Below are positions 24,503-26,313 of a stretch of 26,313 bases of DNA, piece by piece. Location of the stretch: positions 196,338 through 222,650 of IMG/VR virus record IMGVR_UViG_3300028534_000001; one strand, written 5' to 3'. The notes under the pieces were generated by a model. It was not told the DNA's origin. It made no database searches and saw only the letters and a list, made by a program, of their open reading frames with translations. The position numbers and the translations under genes were made by a program. This DNA is from a virus (taxonomy: Duplodnaviria > Heunggongvirae > Uroviricota > Caudoviricetes). How positions within the stretch are numbered: position 1 is the stretch's first letter; each line of letters begins with the position of its first letter.

Positions 24503-25487
24503 TTTTTCTACCTAAAATTTGGTCAGCTTTTCCAGGTAATTCTTCATCTAAAAGAAAACTTTTACCATTAACATCTTTTGTTTCATAACAACATTTATAA
24601 GGGTCTGGATTATGTCCTGCAACATCTTCATTTTTTATAATATTATAAATCCATCTTTTATTAGAATTAAATTTAAATTTAAGTTTGTCTAATTTTGTTA
24701 TATCTAAATTACTTATTTTTATACCTGCATAATTTGTTAATTCCCATTCACCAAAATCGTCTTCTTCATTATATTTACAATTACCTGATAACCATAAATA
24801 ATTTTGTACATCTATTTTATATTTCCAAATTTTATTATTATAAATAATTTTATAATTTCTTTTTAAATCAGGAATAATTGTCATTGTAGTGTCAATAATA
24901 GACAATAAATCTTTATTTTTAATTATGGAACCACTTTTTTTAGGAAGAATAAAACTTAATCCATCATCTCCTGGAGTTAAAGTAGGCAATAAAGGTAAAG
25001 CTAAAGCAAACATTGAAGGGTCACTAAATTTTATATTATAATCAATATTTCCAGGTGGTAATTCTAATAATTTTTCAATATTTGTTGTATCTTTAAAATA
25101 AAGATCTAAAGTAGTATTATTATAAAAATGTTCAAATAATTTTATTTCATCAATATTAAATTTTAATTCTATATTAGCATTAGCATTTTTTGATATTTTA
25201 TTTGTTTTTATAAAATCAACTAAATTACAAGGTAATTTACCTTTAAAATTAAAATTAGATTTATCTATTTTTAATTCTTCTCCATCAATATCACCATCAA
25301 AAATAACTTCATCTATTTTGAAAATTTTAGAAAAATTATCATCTATTTCATAATCAAATAATTTACCACATTCCCACACACAACCACATTTTTGATTAGG
25401 TTTTCCTATTTTATTATGTAATTCTTTTTGAAATTGCCAATTGAATCTAAAAAATGTTTTTTTATTTTTTCCTATTTGAAATTCCAT
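24498..25487 (-). CDS. hypothetical protein, possibly virion-associated (follows PAAR)
   Basis: 329 aa, several Cys, no recognised motif. Confidence 0.75.
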   Translation of the reverse strand: MEFQIGKNKKTFFRFNWQFQKELHNKIGKPNQKCGCVWECGKLFDYEIDDNFSKIFKIDEVIFDGDIDGEELKIDKSNFNFKGKLPCNLVDFIKTNKISKNANANIELKFNIDEIKLFEHFYNNTTLDLYFKDTTNIEKLLELPPGNIDYNIKFSDPSMFALALPLLPTLTPGDDGLSFILPKKSGSIIKNKDLLSIIDTTMTIIPDLKRNYKIIYNNKIWKYKIDVQNYLWLSGNCKYNEEDDFGEWELTNYAGIKISNLDITKLDKLKFKFNSNKRWIYNIIKNEDVAGHNPDPYKCCYETKDVNGKSFLLDEELPGKADQILGRKN

Positions 25488-25511
25488 TAGTCATCCCATA
25501 TTTCTTTCATA

Positions 25512-25805
25512 TTATCCCCCTGTTATAACATTACCACTACCAGCACCTAAACTACCTCCACAACTTATACTATCACCAATTCTAGCTGCAGGTTTCCCGT
25601 TTATATTAACTGTTCCACTACCAGCTGCAATACTTCTACCATGCGGAGGTGAAGGAGATGGAGAACCATGTGGTGCTAGAGGATCTCCTAATCTAGCTGA
25701 AGGTTTTCCATTTGTAAAAACATTAGGACTTCCAGCTGTAACTGGAGTTGGGGGGAAACTTCCGTGCCCTGTACCAATATCTCCAACTCTACTTTGAGGT
25801 GGCAT
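25512..25805 (-). CDS. PAAR-repeat spike-tip protein (T4 gp5.4/T6SS PAAR family)
   Basis: PSARLGD, PAARIGD repeats, His-His-His-Cys Zn ligands; start moved to MPPQSR behind AAGGAGTTAAA. Confidence 0.95.
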   Translation of the reverse strand: MPPQSRVGDIGTGHGSFPPTPVTAGSPNVFTNGKPSARLGDPLAPHGSPSPSPPHGRSIAAGSGTVNINGKPAARIGDSISCGGSLGAGSGNVITGG

Positions 25806-25815
25806 TTTAACTCCT

Positions 25816-26052
25816 TTAACAATTTTCAGGATTTTTTTCTTCAAAATCTTTAATTATATATAATAATTTATCTGATTTTTTATAAAAATCCCATAATTCT
25901 CTTTTTATAAATTTAGCTTTTTCTCCTGATTGATTATTTTCTAATTGTTCTAAGGTTTTAATTTCTCCTGTATTTTTGTCTAAAATTAGTAAATCTTTTA
26001 TATCAATTGTATGTGGAGAAGAAGGATGTCCTATAAAAGGTATTTTTAACAT
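25816..26052 (-). CDS. hypothetical protein
   Basis: 78 aa, AAGGA RBS. Confidence 0.7.
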   Translation of the reverse strand: MLKIPFIGHPSSPHTIDIKDLLILDKNTGEIKTLEQLENNQSGEKAKFIKRELWDFYKKSDKLLYIIKDFEEKNPENC

Positions 26053-26053
26053 T

Positions 26054-26313
26054 TTAATCCTTTAAATTATCAAAATCAATATGTAATAAACAATAATCCA
26101 TAAAGTTTTTTTGTTTTGGTAATTTTAAATTATCAAAATCAATATGTAATAAACAATAATCCATAAAGTTTTTTTGTTTTGGTAATTTTAAATTATCAAA
26201 ATCAATATGTAATAAACAATAATCCATAAAGTTTTTTTGTTTTGGTAATTTTAAATTATCAAAATCAATATGTAATAAACAATAATCCATAAAGTTTTTT
26301 TGTTTTGGTAATT
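26054..26313 (-). CDS. repeat-containing protein, 5' truncated
   Basis: Frame is open to the window edge; (MDYCLLHIDFDNLKLPKQKNF)n ending NLKD. Confidence 0.5.
   Translation of the reverse strand, partial: LPKQKNFMDYCLLHIDFDNLKLPKQKNFMDYCLLHIDFDNLKLPKQKNFMDYCLLHIDFDNLKLPKQKNFMDYCLLHIDFDNLKD
26061..26313. repeat. perfect 63-bp tandem repeat, at least 4 copies
   Basis: Units at 26121-26183, 26184-26246, 26247-26309 identical; 60-bp partial at 26061-26120; continues off the end. Confidence 0.95.

Noticed and set aside
25512-25844. T6SS locus, and the longer 110-aa PAAR ORF
   Set aside because: No other T6SS genes present; a strong RBS places the start at 25805
26061-26313. CRISPR array or leucine-rich repeat
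   Set aside because: No spacers between identical units, so not CRISPR; unit spacing does not fit LxxLxLxxNxL
1-26313. Alternative genetic code (stop reassignment)
   Set aside because: Recognisable enzymes are full length under the standard code, and TAA and TGA both terminate genes at sensible points
1-26313. tRNA, rRNA, introns, transposases
   Set aside because: No GC-rich structured segment, large gap or recognisable motif seen

Overview
A very AT-rich (roughly 20% GC by eye), densely coding segment in which every credible gene lies on the minus strand. It is most consistent with the accessory region of a large T4-like/jumbo myovirus infecting a low-GC bacterium; the host cannot be assigned from this window. 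Support: a T4 gp30-type ATP-dependent DNA ligase, a PAAR spike tip, about 55 mostly small genes with AAGGA(G) RBSs, 12 copies of a TTGACT..TATAAT sigma70-type early promoter plus variants, and a TAAATA late-promoter-like motif. Recognisable products: ferritin-like protein, Ham1/ITPase, AAA+ ATPase, half-size MFS-like protein, an MBL hydrolase resembling anti-Pycsar Apyc1, a HIGH-family nucleotidyltransferase, two paralogous Pol-beta-like nucleotidyltransferases, an RNA-ligase-like protein, a PD-(D/E)xK-like protein, a T3-type SAM lyase, a secreted NucA-type nuclease and an HD protein. The most striking unexplained pattern is a shared N-terminal leader, M(x)LKEI(I/L)..[ILV]xE, on otherwise unrelated proteins including the SAM lyase. 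I infer it is a capsid-targeting/prohead-protease-cleaved tag marking injected cargo. A perfect 63-bp coding tandem repeat runs off the right end. All family assignments come from motif recognition by eye, not database searches.
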